64,000 bases of DNA from an uncultured delta proteobacterium (GTDB taxonomy: Bacteria; Desulfobacterota; Binatia; Binatales; Binataceae): NCBI GenBank assembly GCA_963761255.1, contig CAVXGH010000001.1, positions 345,675-409,674 of the forward strand. Direction: 5' to 3'. A program made the position numbers and the translations under genes. How positions within the stretch are numbered: position 1 is the first letter of the stretch; every line of letters begins with the position of its first letter. The notes beneath the pieces were generated by a model. It ran no database searches and had not been told where the DNA came from. It worked only from the letters and a program-made list of their open reading frames with translations. Positions 48,660 to 60,518 of this stretch are shown in pieces.

Positions 48660-49919
48660 ATGATCGCGCGATTGGGGCGGATCGCGATTGCGTTATTTTG
48701 CGTCGCGTTGCTGATAGCGTCGGCGGCGCGCGCCGAAGATGCCGCGCCTGTGGTCGATAGCGCGCCGGTCGGCACCCGGCAGAATTACTTCCGCGCGCCT
48801 TTTCGCGAAGGCTCGTTCCGCCACATGGATCGGATCTTCCCATTCCATGTGGTGCATCGCGCGGGCGCAGTCTCGGAGTTACCGCGCGACGATCATCAGC
48901 TCGGCGAGGTCACCTATCAATGGAACGGCTCCTCGCACACGCTCGAGGAGTTCCTTCAGCAATCCAAAACCACCGGCTTTCTCGTCATCAAGGACGGCAA
49001 GGTGGCCCTCGAGCGTTACTTCGGCGGCGCGAGTGAAACCTCCGCCTTCACCTCGATGTCGGTGGCGAAGTCGTTCACCTCGACGTTGGTGGGCCTCGCG
49101 CTCGCCGATGGAAAGATCAAAAGCCTCGATGATCCGATCACCGACTACGTGCCGGAGCTGAAGGGCAGCGCCTACGACGGAGTGCCGATCAAGGCGATCC
49201 TCCAGATGTCGTCGGGCGTGAAGTTCACCGAACGGTACGTGGTTGGAAAGACCGCGGATATGGACCTGATGTTTCTGCGCGCCATGATCAATGAGAGCGA
49301 GCCGCTCAATGATTACCTCAAGGGACTGTCGCGCTCGCGGCCGCCGGGCGAAAAATTCTTCTACAAGGGCGCCGACACTCAAGCTCTCGGATGGATGGTG
49401 CGCCGCGTCACCGGCGAATCGCTCGCGCACTATCTCTCGGAAAAAATCTGGCAGCCGATGGGCATGGAGCATGACGCGTTCTGGAATACCGACGCGCCCG
49501 GACCCGACGGAATGGAAGCGGCATTCACCTGCCTCAACGCGACACTGCGCGACTACGGCCGCTTCGGGCTCATGTTCCTCAATCATGGAAAATGGAACGG
49601 CAAGCAGATCGTTCCCGCCGATTGGATCGATCATGCGACGGTACCTGAAAGTCCACAGGTGCAACCCGGTAAACTGGTCAGAGCATCGGGGCTTGGTTAC
49701 GGATACCAGTGGTGGACGTTTCCGACTGACGACGCGTATTCCGCGGAGGGAATATACTTCCAGTTCATCTTCGTGAATCCGGAAGAAAACCTCGTCATCG
49801 TGAAAACCAGCGCCTTCGATCGTCCCTGGGATCCGGATTTTGAAGGGCAGACCTACGCCGCATTTTGGGCGATAGCGGCGGCCCTGCACGACGCGAATCC
49901 GGCGCCGGCCACCGACTAA
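48660..49919 (+). CDS. Secreted serine hydrolase of the beta-lactamase/transpeptidase fold
   Basis: Signal peptide; S-x-x-K motif SMSVAKS; YxN-like region. Confidence 0.7.
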   Translation: MIARLGRIAIALFCVALLIASAARAEDAAPVVDSAPVGTRQNYFRAPFREGSFRHMDRIFPFHVVHRAGAVSELPRDDHQLGEVTYQWNGSSHTLEEFLQQSKTTGFLVIKDGKVALERYFGGASETSAFTSMSVAKSFTSTLVGLALADGKIKSLDDPITDYVPELKGSAYDGVPIKAILQMSSGVKFTERYVVGKTADMDLMFLRAMINESEPLNDYLKGLSRSRPPGEKFFYKGADTQALGWMVRRVTGESLAHYLSEKIWQPMGMEHDAFWNTDAPGPDGMEAAFTCLNATLRDYGRFGLMFLNHGKWNGKQIVPADWIDHATVPESPQVQPGKLVRASGLGYGYQWWTFPTDDAYSAEGIYFQFIFVNPEENLVIVKTSAFDRPWDPDFEGQTYAAFWAIAAALHDANPAPATD

Positions 49920-50137
49920 TTAACTTAGCCGGGGAGTCCTCGTTCTGCCCTTTTCTGAGGCAAATGCCCGCGCCTGAAGCATTCTAGCCTTGAAAAGCGG
50001 CCTCGCACCTTCCAAAACCTTGGTGGGCGGAGCAAAAACCTCCTCAAATTCGCCTTTGATGGTGTTTTCGCCTAAGAAAAGGTTGACTCACATCACGATT
50101 ATAAATATCTTCGGCGGCTCCGGATCGAGGTTCCCTT

Positions 50138-50704
50138 ATGAAATTAGGCTCCGAAGCGCTGGAGCTCGATGCCATCGACCTCCAGATTCTCGAGACTCTG
50201 CAGGACCAGGGACGCATCCCTTTGGTCAAGCTCGGCGAGCAGGTCGGACTGTCGTCGCCCTCGGTGATCGACCGCGTAAAGAAACTCGAAGATAGCGGCA
50301 TCATCAGCGGCTACCAGGCGACCGTCGACGCGCGCAAGCTCGGCAAGGATGTCACCGCGTTCATCGGCGTTTCGATCGCGCATCCCAAAGCGATCGCGAC
50401 CTTCGAGCATACGGTCGCGCTGGTCGACGATGTGCTGGAATGTCATCACGTCACCGGCGAACATTCGCTCCTGCTTAAGATCAAGACCAATAACACTTCG
50501 TCGCTGGAGCGGCTCATCAGCACGATCCGCTCGATCGAGGGAGTGTCGCGAACGGAAACGATGGTGGTGTTGTCGACCCATACCGAGCGCTCCAACATTT
50601 CGGTGGGCGCCTCCAATGAACCCGAGGTGTCCACCAACGGTCACGGACGCAAGTATCGCCACGGCATCGTGAAGACCATCGTCGCGGACCCCAAGAGGGT
50701 GTGA
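50138..50704 (+). CDS. lrp: Lrp/AsnC family transcriptional regulator with C-terminal extension
   Basis: HTH_AsnC ([47 protein letters not shown]) plus RAM domain; ~35 extra C-terminal residues. Confidence 0.85.
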   Translation: MKLGSEALELDAIDLQILETLQDQGRIPLVKLGEQVGLSSPSVIDRVKKLEDSGIISGYQATVDARKLGKDVTAFIGVSIAHPKAIATFEHTVALVDDVLECHHVTGEHSLLLKIKTNNTSSLERLISTIRSIEGVSRTETMVVLSTHTERSNISVGASNEPEVSTNGHGRKYRHGIVKTIVADPKRV

Positions 50705-53700
50705 TCATGCATGACCATAGCAGCATACCGCCGGCCCAAGGCCTCTACTCGCCCGGACATGAGCACGACGCATGCGGCGTCGGCTTCGTCGTCAACATCA
50801 AGGGCGCGCGCTCGCACGATATCGTGCTCAAGGGCATCGAGGTCCTCAACCATCTCACCCATCGCGGCGCATGTGGATGCGATCCGCGCACCGGCGACGG
50901 CGCCGGCATGCTGCTGCAGATTCCGCATGAGTTCCTGAGCCGCGAAACGCGGAAGCTCGGCTTCGAGTTGCCCGCGCGCGGCGAGTACGGCGTCGGGATG
51001 CTGTTTCTGCCGCTCGATGACGAGAAACGCAAGGCCGCCGAGGAGATCGTCGAGCACGTCGTGCGCGATGAGGGACTCACGCTGCTCGGATGGCGCGACA
51101 TTCCGCACATTCCCGGCGCATGCGGCGATATCGCGCGGCGCGGGATGCCGGCGTTCCGGCAAGTCTTCGTGGGACGCGGCGCCTCGACTCCCGATGCGGC
51201 ATCGCTGGAGCGCAAGCTCTATGTCATCCGCAAGCGCGCCACCAATGAAGCGCTCGCGTCGCTCGGATTGCGCGATCCGGAGCTGTTTTACTTCTGCAGT
51301 CTCTCGTCCATCACCATCGTATATAAAGGTCAGCTCATCTCGACGCAGATCCCGGAATTTTTTCCTGACCTCATCGATCCGGACATGGTCAGCGCGCTGG
51401 CGATGGTGCATCAGCGCTTCTCTACCAATACGTTCCCGAGTTGGGACCGCGCGCATCCGTATCGCTTCGTCGCGCACAACGGCGAAATCAACACCCTGCG
51501 CGGCAACGTCAACTGGATGCACGCGCGCGAGAAGCTGTTCGCCTCGCCGCTGTTCGGCGACGACATTCACAAGCTCCATCCCATCATCGAGCCGACCGGC
51601 AGCGACACCGCGATGTTCGACAACTGCGTCGAGCTGCTCACCCGCACCGGCCGCTCATTGCCACACGCAGTCATGATGATGATTCCCGAGGCGTGGCAGA
51701 ACGACCCGCAGATGAAGCCCGACAAGCGCGCCTTCTACGAGTATCACTCCTGCATGATGGAGCCGTGGGACGGTCCCGCCTCGATCGCGTTCACCGACGG
51801 GGTGCGCATCGGCGCAGTGCTCGATCGCAACGGATTGCGCCCCTCGCGCTATCTCGTCACGAAGGACGGCCTCGTGGTGATGGCGTCGGAGACCGGCGTC
51901 CTCGACATCCCGCCGGAGAACGTGGAGAGCAAGGGCCGCCTGCAGCCCGGCAAAATGTTCCTCGTCGATACCGAGCTCGGCCGCATCGTGCATGACGAGG
52001 AGATCAAGGGCGCGCTCTCGAAACGTCAGCCCTATCGGCAATGGCTCGACGAAAGCATCGTCGCGCTGAACAGCCTGCCCGAGCCGCCGTCCTCGCCACC
52101 GATCGATCAATATCACGGCCACGAGCTGCTCAAGCTCCAGCAGGCATACGGATACACCGTCGAAGATTTGAAGATGCTGCTCGCGCCGATGGCGGTGAAC
52201 GGGCAGGAGCCGGTTGGCTCGATGGGCACCGACACGCCACTCGCAGTGTTGTCGGATCGTCCGCAGCCGTTGTTCAACTATTTCAAACAGCTGTTCGCGC
52301 AGGTCACCAACCCGCCCATCGATCCGATTCGCGAGGAGATGGTGACCTCGGCCGAGACTTCGCTCGGCGCCGAGCAGAATCTCTTCGAGGAGAGCCCGGT
52401 TCATTGCCGCCAACTCCAGGTCAAGCGCCCGATTCTCACCAACGCCGAACTCGAGAAGATTCGGCAGCTCGACAAGCCGGGCCTGCGCGCCCGGACGATC
52501 TCGACGCTCTATTCGGTGAATGACGGCGCGAGCGCGCTCAAGGCGGCGCTCGATCGCATCTGCCGCGAGGCTTCCGAAGCCATCGAGCAGGGCTACAGCA
52601 TCCTGGTGTTGTCCGACCGCGGCGTCGACGCCACTCATGCGGCGATTCCGTGTCTGCTCGCGTGCGCGGGCGTGCATCATCATCTGATTCGCGCAGGCAC
52701 GCGCACTCGATGCGGTATCGTGGTCGAGTCCGGCGAGCCGCGCGAGGTGATGCATTTCTGTCTGCTGGTAGGCTACGGCGCGGCGGCGGTCAATCCGTAT
52801 CTCGCGTTCGCGACGATGGCTGAAATGATCCGCGACGGACGCCTGACAGATGTCGAACCCGAGGACGCGGTCAAGAACATCATCAAGGCCGCCGGCAAGA
52901 GCATGATCAAAGTCGCGTCGAAGATGGGAATCTCGACGTTGCAAAGCTATCACGGCGCGCAAATCTTCGAGGCGATCGGACTCAGCCGCGAAGTGGTCGA
53001 CAAGTATTTCACCTGGACCGCCTCGCGCATCGGCGGCGTCGGCCTCGAGGAGATCGCGCGCGAGACCAGCGCGCGTCATCAGCACGCTTTCCAGATCGCC
53101 GCGAACCTCGACGGCGAGCTCGACGTGGGTGGCCAGTACCAGTGGCGCCGGCGCGGCGAGTTCCACATGTGGAACCCCAACACCATCGCGAAGCTTCAGC
53201 ACGCGGCGCGTTCGGGCAACTACAATTTGTTCAAGCAATATACCGCCGCGGTAGATGACCACACGCGGCGTCTCGCGACGCTGCGCGGGCTCTTCAAGTT
53301 CAAGCCGATTGGACCCGCGGTGCCGCTCGAAGAGGTCGAGCCCGCGAGCGAGATCGTCAAGCGCTTCAAAACCGGCGCGATGTCGTTCGGATCGATCAGC
53401 AAGGAGGCGCACGAAAACCTCGCGATTGCGATGAACCGCATCGGCGGCAAGAGCAACACCGGCGAAGGCGGCGAGGACCCGGGCCGCTTCGTGCGCGATG
53501 CGAATGGCGACTGGCGCCGTAGCGCGATTAAGCAGGTCGCCTCCGCGCGCTTCGGGGTGACCAGTCATTACCTCGTCAATGCCGAGGAGCTCCAAATAAA
53601 AATGGCGCAGGGCGCGAAGCCCGGCGAGGGTGGCCAACTTCCGGGGCACAAGGTGGACGACTTCATCGCGAAGATTCGCTACTCGGTGCCTGGCGTCGGA

Positions 53701-55267
53701 CTGATTTCGCCGCCGCCGCATCACGACATTTATTCCATCGAGGACCTCGCGCAGCTCATCCACGATCTGAAGAACTCCAACGATCGCGCGCGCATCAGCG
53801 TTAAGCTGGTGGCCGAGGTCGGCGTCGGCACGGTCGCCGCGGGCGTCTCCAAGGCCAAGGCCGACGTTGTTCTCATCAGCGGATACGACGGCGGCACCGG
53901 CGCCTCGCCGCTGCAATCGATCAAGCATGCCGGCGCGCCATGGGAGCTCGGCCTCGCCGAGACGCAGCAGATTCTCGTCATGAACGATCTGCGCGGGCGC
54001 ATCCGCGTCGAGGCCGACGGGCAGCTCAAGACCGGCCGCGATGTCGCGGTGGCATGCCTCCTCGGCGCCGAGGAATTTGGTTTCGCAAGCGCGGCGCTGA
54101 TCGCCTCGGGATGCATCATGATGCGCGTGTGCCACCTCAATACCTGCCCGGTCGGCATTGCCACGCAGGATCCGAAGCTGCGCGCGAAATTCGAGGGTAA
54201 GCCGGAGCACGTGGTGAACTTCATGATGTTCATTGCGAGTGAATTGCGCGAGTACATGGCGCAGTTGGGTTTCCGCACCGTCGACGAGATGGTCGGCCGC
54301 GTCGAATGCCTCGACACCAACGACGCGATCAAACATTGGAAGGCGAGCAACATCGACTTGAGCGCGATCCTCTATAAGCCGAGCGTCGGCCCCGATGTCG
54401 CGCTCCACAACATCCAGACTCAGGACCACGGCCTCGAGGCCGCGCTCGATGTGCAACTGCTCGACCTCGCGAAGGACGCGCTGGAGCACAAGAAGCCGGT
54501 CGAGATTCATCTGCCGATTCGCAACTCCAATCGCACCGTCGCGACGATGCTGTCGGCGGAAGTGTCGCGTCGTCACGGCGCGGAAGGCCTGCCGCCCTAC
54601 ACCATTCAATGTCACTTCAAAGGTTCGGCCGGGCAGAGCTTCGGCTCGTGGCTCGCGCCCGGAGTCGCGGTCTATCTAGAAGGCGACGCCAACGACTACT
54701 GCGGCAAGGGTTTGTCCGGCGGCTTCATGACGGTGCGTCCTCCGCGCGAGGCCACCTTCAAGGCCGAGGAAAACATCCTCATCGGGAACGTCGCGCTGTA
54801 TGGCGCGACCGGTGGCGAGGCGTTTTTCCGGGGCGTCGCGGGCGAGCGATTCGCGGTGCGCAACAGCGGCGCGACCGCGGTGGTCGAGGGCCTCGGCGAT
54901 CACGGCTGCGAGTACATGACTCGCGGTCTGGTAGTCGTCCTCGGCAAGACCGGCCGCAACTTCGCGGCAGGCATGAGCGGCGGCACCGCGTACATCTTCG
55001 ATGAGGCCGGGAGACTTCGCCTCCAAGTGCAACATGGGCATGGTCGAACTCGGTCCCATCACCCATGGCGAGGAGATAAGTCATCTTCACGCGCTCATCG
55101 TGCGGCATCATCAATATACCCAGAGCGCGGTTGCGCGCCGGATGCTCGATCATTGGGATGAGCACGTGAAGCAATTCGTCAAGGTGCTTCCGACCGAATA
55201 CCGGATGGTGCTCGAGCGCCAGCATCTGGGCGCGAACAACGACATGGCGAAACTGGCGGCGGTGTAG
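50701..55267 (+). pseudogene. gltB: Glutamate synthase large subunit, interrupted by a +1 frameshift near 55010 (pseudogene or sequencing error)
   Basis: ORF 50701..55161 covers the amidotransferase (CGVGFVV), central, FMN and GXGXG domains; after ...[10 protein letters not shown] the frame runs into nonsense, while ORF 55001..55267 in another frame encodes the canonical C-terminal tail [16 protein letters not shown]...[17 protein letters not shown]; a single extra A in GGG-A-GAC separates them. Confidence 0.92.
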
Positions 55268-55337
55268 GGCAGGAAGTGGAGGTCTATCGACAGATTTCAG
55301 TAAAGGGAAGAATCGGATTTTCGATGAGCAGGGTGCG

Positions 55338-56786
55338 ATGGGAAAAATAACGGGCTTCATGGAGATCAAGCGGGAAACGCCGTCGCGGCGTCCCGTCAAG
55401 GAGCGCCTGCAGGATTGGCGCGAGTATGACCTCAAGATGCCCGAGGACAAGCTTCGCGCGCAGGGAGCGCGATGCATGGATTGCGGGATCCCCTTCTGCC
55501 ACAAGGGCTGCCCGCTCGGCAACATTATTCCCGATTGGAACGACCTGATCTATCGCGGGCGCTGGAAGGACGCGATCGACCGGCTCCATTCGACCAACAA
55601 TTTTCCCGAGTTCACCGGCCGCGTGTGTCCGGCGCCGTGCGAAGAAGCCTGCGTCCTGAACATCAACAACGATCCCGTCACCATCAAGCTGATCGAACGC
55701 AACATCATCGACCATGCGTGGGCGGAGGGATGGGTGCGGCCGCAGCCCGCGCCGCGCAGCAGCGGCAAGCGCGTCGCGGTGGTCGGCTCGGGCCCGGCAG
55801 GCCTCGCGTGCGCGCAGCAACTCGCGCGCGCCGGTCACGCCGTCACATTGTATGAGCGCTCGGATCGCGTTGGCGGATTGCTGATGTACGGCATTCCCGA
55901 TTTTAAGATGGAGAAGCATCTGGTCCATCGGCGCGTCGAGCAGATGAAGGCCGAAGGCGTCGAGTTCGTGACTAGCTGTCGCGTCGGCACCGATATCACC
56001 GCCGATGAATTGCGCGGGAAGTTCGATGCGATCGCGCTCACGATGGGCGCGACCAAGCCGCGTGACCTTCCGATTCCCGGCCGCGAGCTCAAGGGCATTC
56101 ACTTCGCGATGGAGTTTCTGCCGCAGCAGAACAAGCGCAACCAGGGCGACATCATTCCCGAAGATATTTTCATCACCGCGAAGAACAAGCGCGTGGTGAT
56201 CCTCGGCGGCGGCGACACCGGCTCCGATTGCCTCGGCACTAGCAATCGCCAGGGCGCGATGAGCGTGCATCAATATGAATTGCTGCCGATGCCGCCGGAG
56301 TCGCGCACCATCGAGATGCCGTGGCCGGACTGGCCGATGATCCTGCGTACCTCCACCTCGCATGAAGAGGGGGTGAATCGCGACTGGAGCATCAACACGA
56401 AAAAGTTTTCCGGCGAGCATGGCCGCGTCACCAAGCTGCACGGCATCCGGCTGGAGTGGGAACGTGCTTCCGATGGCCGCATGGCGATGAAGGAAATCGA
56501 GGGCAGCGACTTCGAGCTCGAATGCGACCTGGTGCTGCTGGCGCTCGGATTCCTCGGCCCGGAGCCGGACGGAATCATCTCGCAGCTCGGGCTCAAGCTC
56601 GATCCTCGCAGCAACGTGCTATGCGATAACTACCAGTCGAGCGTACCGGGAGTTTTCGCGGCGGGCGACACGCGGCGCGGACAGTCGCTGGTGGTATGGG
56701 CGATTTGGGAAGGCCGCGAATGCGCGCGCGCCGTCGACGCCTACCTGATGGGCGAATCATTCCTGCCCGCGAGTCCCGAGCTCTAG
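55338..56786 (+). CDS. gltD: Glutamate synthase small (NADPH) subunit
   Basis: Fe-S Cys cluster ([16 protein letters not shown]); FAD/NAD Rossmann motifs [24 protein letters not shown]. Confidence 0.93.
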   Translation: MGKITGFMEIKRETPSRRPVKERLQDWREYDLKMPEDKLRAQGARCMDCGIPFCHKGCPLGNIIPDWNDLIYRGRWKDAIDRLHSTNNFPEFTGRVCPAPCEEACVLNINNDPVTIKLIERNIIDHAWAEGWVRPQPAPRSSGKRVAVVGSGPAGLACAQQLARAGHAVTLYERSDRVGGLLMYGIPDFKMEKHLVHRRVEQMKAEGVEFVTSCRVGTDITADELRGKFDAIALTMGATKPRDLPIPGRELKGIHFAMEFLPQQNKRNQGDIIPEDIFITAKNKRVVILGGGDTGSDCLGTSNRQGAMSVHQYELLPMPPESRTIEMPWPDWPMILRTSTSHEEGVNRDWSINTKKFSGEHGRVTKLHGIRLEWERASDGRMAMKEIEGSDFELECDLVLLALGFLGPEPDGIISQLGLKLDPRSNVLCDNYQSSVPGVFAAGDTRRGQSLVVWAIWEGRECARAVDAYLMGESFLPASPEL

Positions 56787-56788
56787 GA

Positions 56789-57418
56789 GTGCTGCGGCTC
56801 TACGATTATCTGCCGTCCGGCAACGGCTACAAGGTCCGGCTGCTCCTTACGCAGCTCGCGGTTCCGTTCGAGCTGATCGAGCGCGACATCATCAAGGGCG
56901 AGACGCGCACGCCGGGGTTCCTTGCGAAATTCCCCAATGGCCGGATCCCCGCGGTCGAGTTCGATGACGGCAAGTTACTGTTCGAGTCGAATGCCATCAT
57001 CAGCTACTTCGCCGAGAGCAGTCAGTTCCTTCCGCGAGATAGGTTCGAGCGCGCGCAGGTCCTGCAGTGGCTGTTCTTCGAGCAGTACAGTCACGAACCC
57101 TACATCGCGAGCGTGCGCTACCTCGTGCATGTCGGCCCGGACGTTCCTGATCCTCGGCGCGCGATGCTCGACATGATGATTCGCCGCGGCTACGACGCGC
57201 TCGACGTGATGGAGAAGCATCTCGCCTCGCGCGAATGGTTCGTGGGCAACAGCTACTCGATCGCGGACATCGCGCTCTACGCATATACGCACGTCGCCGA
57301 TGAGGGCGGATTCGTTCTCGGCAAATATCCCGCGATTCGCGCATGGCTGGCTCGCGTGAAATCGGAGCCGCGCCATATCGCGATCACCGAACGTCCAGGT
57401 TCAGCGGCGAAGGCCTAG
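56789..57418 (+). CDS. Glutathione S-transferase family protein (GTG start)
   Basis: Thioredoxin-like N-terminus (LRLYDYLPSGNGYKVRLLL...GRIPAVEF..ESNAII) plus a helical C-terminal domain. Confidence 0.75.
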   Translation: MLRLYDYLPSGNGYKVRLLLTQLAVPFELIERDIIKGETRTPGFLAKFPNGRIPAVEFDDGKLLFESNAIISYFAESSQFLPRDRFERAQVLQWLFFEQYSHEPYIASVRYLVHVGPDVPDPRRAMLDMMIRRGYDALDVMEKHLASREWFVGNSYSIADIALYAYTHVADEGGFVLGKYPAIRAWLARVKSEPRHIAITERPGSAAKA

Positions 57419-58003
57419 CGCGTCGAGCTTTTTGATCATCCACTCGACGCGATCCTCACCCCAGAAGGGCTCGCCGTCCACCATGAACATCGGAACTCCG
57501 AAGATCTGATCGGCGGCCGCCTCCTCGAAGCAGCGATCTAATTCGGCGCGCGCATCGGTCTCGACATAGCGATGGAACTCCGACGTGTCGAGGCCTACTT
57601 CCTGTAGGACACCATCGATGGCGTCGGGTTTTTCGACGTCGAGCTCGTTTTTCCAGAAGCGCTCGAACACGCGGTCGGAGTAAGGCAAAAAGCGATCGTG
57701 CTTAGCCGCGAACTGGCCCCCATAGAACGCGAGCCGGCAGGAGAAAATTTTCTTCGGCGGATAAATAATGAGGCCGCGCTCCTTCGCGATACGCCGCGCG
57801 TCGAGGTACAGATAGCGGACCTTGCGCCGCTCAACCGCAGGATCATTGAGGTTGCCGTAGGTCTTATAGATGTTCACCCCGTGCGGGATGAAACGCAGCT
57901 TGACTCGATGAGAGCGCTCGAGCTCGCGCGCCGGCGCCCACGCCAGGTATGTGAACGGACTGGTGTACGCGAAGTAGAATTTGATCTCGAGGTCGTTGGC
58001 CAT
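57401..58003 (-). CDS. 2-hydroxychromene-2-carboxylate isomerase / DsbA-like thioredoxin-fold protein
   Basis: IKFYFAYTSPFTYLA N-terminus characteristic of the HCCA isomerase family. Confidence 0.7.
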   Translation of the reverse strand: MANDLEIKFYFAYTSPFTYLAWAPARELERSHRVKLRFIPHGVNIYKTYGNLNDPAVERRKVRYLYLDARRIAKERGLIIYPPKKIFSCRLAFYGGQFAAKHDRFLPYSDRVFERFWKNELDVEKPDAIDGVLQEVGLDTSEFHRYVETDARAELDRCFEEAAADQIFGVPMFMVDGEPFWGEDRVEWMIKKLDALGLRR

Positions 58004-58004
58004 C

Positions 58005-59285
58005 TTAGTAATCGTCCGGCAGCGCGAGCGCGAGAAAATCCGCGAGGTGAATCACCGTGAGGTGCACGCCGCGCCGCCGCAACTCCGCGGCAATTTGAAA
58101 TTCGCATCCGGGATTCGACAGCACGACGTAGTCGGCGCCCGTCGCAACGATGTTGTCGGCCTTTCGCTTCGCCAGCGCGCGCGCCATCTCGGGCTCGGTG
58201 AGATTGTAACTGCCCGCCGAGCCGCAGCAGAGATCTGCCTCGACGAGATCGATGAGCCGCACGCCCGGGATCGATCGCAGCAGCTTGCGCGGATTGTCGC
58301 GCACGCCGAGGCCATGCACCAGATGACACGCATCATGATAGGTGACCGTACATTCGAGCTTGCGAAATTGCGGCATCCGCTCCAGGAGCAGCGCGCTGAG
58401 GTCGCGCACTTTCGCCTGCACCTCGCGCGCGTCGTCCGCGGCAAAATCGTTTTTCAGGATGGCGGCGTATTCGGCCATCGCCGTCGAGCATCCCGAGGCA
58501 GCCGAAACGATCGCATCGGGCGCGAGAGCCTTGAGGGTGCGGACGTTCTCGCGCGCGAAAGTGATCGCACGCGCGTCGTTGCCGGCATGCAAATCGAGCG
58601 CGCCACAACACACCGTCGCGGGCATCTTGAGCACGCGATATCCCGCCGCGGCGAGGAGTTTTTCGCTGTTGCGATTTTCCGAATCGGCGAGCACCTGCGC
58701 GACGCATCCATGATGCACGACGACGCTCGGCGCATCCGCGGCCGGATGGGAGTCAACATGAACCGGCGCGGGCTGCGCGCGACGCACCAGCGGCGGGAGC
58801 AGTTCGACCCACTCTCGCAATGCTTTGGGAAGTATCGCTTCGATTGCGCCGCGCAGATGGAGCCGCTCCGCGAGCGCTAGCGGCGAAAGCATCGCGCGCA
58901 GACGATTTGGATACGGGAAGACCGCGCTGATGAGCGCGCGCTTCGCCCGGTCCAGCGGTCCGCGCTGATGATGATGCTCGACGTACGCGCGCGCGTCCTC
59001 GATGAGGCGGCCGTAGTGAACGCCCGACGGGCACGCGGTTTCGCATCCGCGGCATCCGAGGCAGAGATCGAGGTGGCGCACGACGTCGGCGTCGAGTTCG
59101 AGCCGGCCCTCGGCGAGCGACTTCATCAGGTAGATGCGGCCGCGCGGCGAATCCATCTCGGCGCGCGTCATCGCGTAGGTCGGGCACGCTTCGAGACAGA
59201 GCCCGCAATGGACGCAGTCGAATAGCAACTCGTAGTCAACGACGTCGCGAACCGGCTTGACGAGAGCGGCGGCAAGCTCAGCCAT
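58005..59285 (-). CDS. glcF: Glycolate oxidase iron-sulfur subunit
   Basis: Two 4Fe-4S motifs (CVHCGLCLEACPTY; CLGCRGCETACPSG) and CCG domains. Confidence 0.85.
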   Translation of the reverse strand: MAELAAALVKPVRDVVDYELLFDCVHCGLCLEACPTYAMTRAEMDSPRGRIYLMKSLAEGRLELDADVVRHLDLCLGCRGCETACPSGVHYGRLIEDARAYVEHHHQRGPLDRAKRALISAVFPYPNRLRAMLSPLALAERLHLRGAIEAILPKALREWVELLPPLVRRAQPAPVHVDSHPAADAPSVVVHHGCVAQVLADSENRNSEKLLAAAGYRVLKMPATVCCGALDLHAGNDARAITFARENVRTLKALAPDAIVSAASGCSTAMAEYAAILKNDFAADDAREVQAKVRDLSALLLERMPQFRKLECTVTYHDACHLVHGLGVRDNPRKLLRSIPGVRLIDLVEADLCCGSAGSYNLTEPEMARALAKRKADNIVATGADYVVLSNPGCEFQIAAELRRRGVHLTVIHLADFLALALPDDY

Positions 59286-60518
59286 CTAGACCCCTCCCAC
59301 GAAGCATCCGGCATTGAAGACCCCCGCCGGATCGAAGGTGTTCTTGAGCCGCCGCATCAGCTTTAATGCGCCCGGATTGGGGCGATCGAAAAATTCGATC
59401 TGCTCCCGGATCGACGCCGGCGCCGAGACGACGCGCAGATGGCCGCGCGCGGAATGCGCCAGCTCGCGCCATTGCGCGACGAGGTGCGGGTCCGCGGCCT
59501 GCGACCAGAGCTCCGCGATTCCTGAACCAACATGCGCGACGAACTCGCGCGACGACTCGCGAGCGCATCGCGCGAGCTGGTTCGGCATTACCGCGATACG
59601 CGCGGCGATAGCGCCTTCGCCGAAGCTGAGATCGCGCAACGCGGAATAGAGTTGCACCGCAGGCTGCCCTTCGAGCAGTTCGACATCGGGACCGAGAGCT
59701 TTCGCGACTCGCTCGCTTAGGTAGTTGAGCTCGCTACGAATGCCGCCGAAGCCCGCCAACACCAGGAAGCGCACCGAGGTGCCGATCGCGGCACTCGCGG
59801 CGCGGCTCGTCACTTCGAGGTGAATCAACGAAGCCTGCTCATGGAGATTCGAGGCGGCGGCGAAGGCCGCGTCCGCATCGGGAAAGGCGGCCACTGCGAG
59901 TGTGTAGTTTTCCGGAATCGGGCGCACCTTGAAGGTCGCCTCGGTCACGATGCCGAGGGTGCCGAATGAGCCGGTCATCACCTTCATCAGATCGTAGCCG
60001 GCCACGTTCTTGACCACGCGGCCACCGGCGCGAACGACACGCCCGCCGACGCCGACGTACTGAATTCCAATCAGAAGATCGCGCACCGTTCCTTCCAAGA
60101 GCCGCAGCGGGCCGGCATGCGCCGCGCCGATCAGCGAGCCGAGTGTGGTCGCATCGGGGCCGCGAGGATCGACCGGCAGTCGCTGACCGGGAGTGGCGAG
60201 GGTCGCATTCAGGTTGCCGACCGTGAGGCCCGCCTGCGCAACGACCGTCATGTCCTCGGGCTCGTACGCGACGATATTCGCCATGCGCCGCAGGGAGATC
60301 CCGACTCGCGCCGGCGCGCGCCTGATCTGCGAGAGCGTCCGCGCCGCACCAATGGGCGCGAGGCTGATCTTATCGGACTCGCATTTGCGCACCAGCTCGG
60401 CGATCTCCTCGACGCTTTGCGGCTCGACGATCGTCTCGACGGCGCCGCTCGGATGTGGTTCTTCGAGGACCGCGCTCACAGCGGGATTTGCCTTCGCGGC
60501 GAGGTGACTTCGACGCAT
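59286..60518 (-). CDS. glcE: Glycolate oxidase FAD-binding subunit (the track ORF extends to 60692; the internal start is preferred)
   Basis: FAD_binding_4 domain; positioned between glcD and glcF. Confidence 0.75.
   Translation of the reverse strand: MRRSHLAAKANPAVSAVLEEPHPSGAVETIVEPQSVEEIAELVRKCESDKISLAPIGAARTLSQIRRAPARVGISLRRMANIVAYEPEDMTVVAQAGLTVGNLNATLATPGQRLPVDPRGPDATTLGSLIGAAHAGPLRLLEGTVRDLLIGIQYVGVGGRVVRAGGRVVKNVAGYDLMKVMTGSFGTLGIVTEATFKVRPIPENYTLAVAAFPDADAAFAAASNLHEQASLIHLEVTSRAASAAIGTSVRFLVLAGFGGIRSELNYLSERVAKALGPDVELLEGQPAVQLYSALRDLSFGEGAIAARIAVMPNQLARCARESSREFVAHVGSGIAELWSQAADPHLVAQWRELAHSARGHLRVVSAPASIREQIEFFDRPNPGALKLMRRLKNTFDPAGVFNAGCFVGGV

Noticed and set aside
51655-54615. 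986-aa antisense ORF inside gltB (and many other long antisense ORFs in GC-rich genes)
   Set aside because: The sense strand has unambiguous glutamate synthase homology over its whole length. Long antisense ORFs are expected at this GC content.
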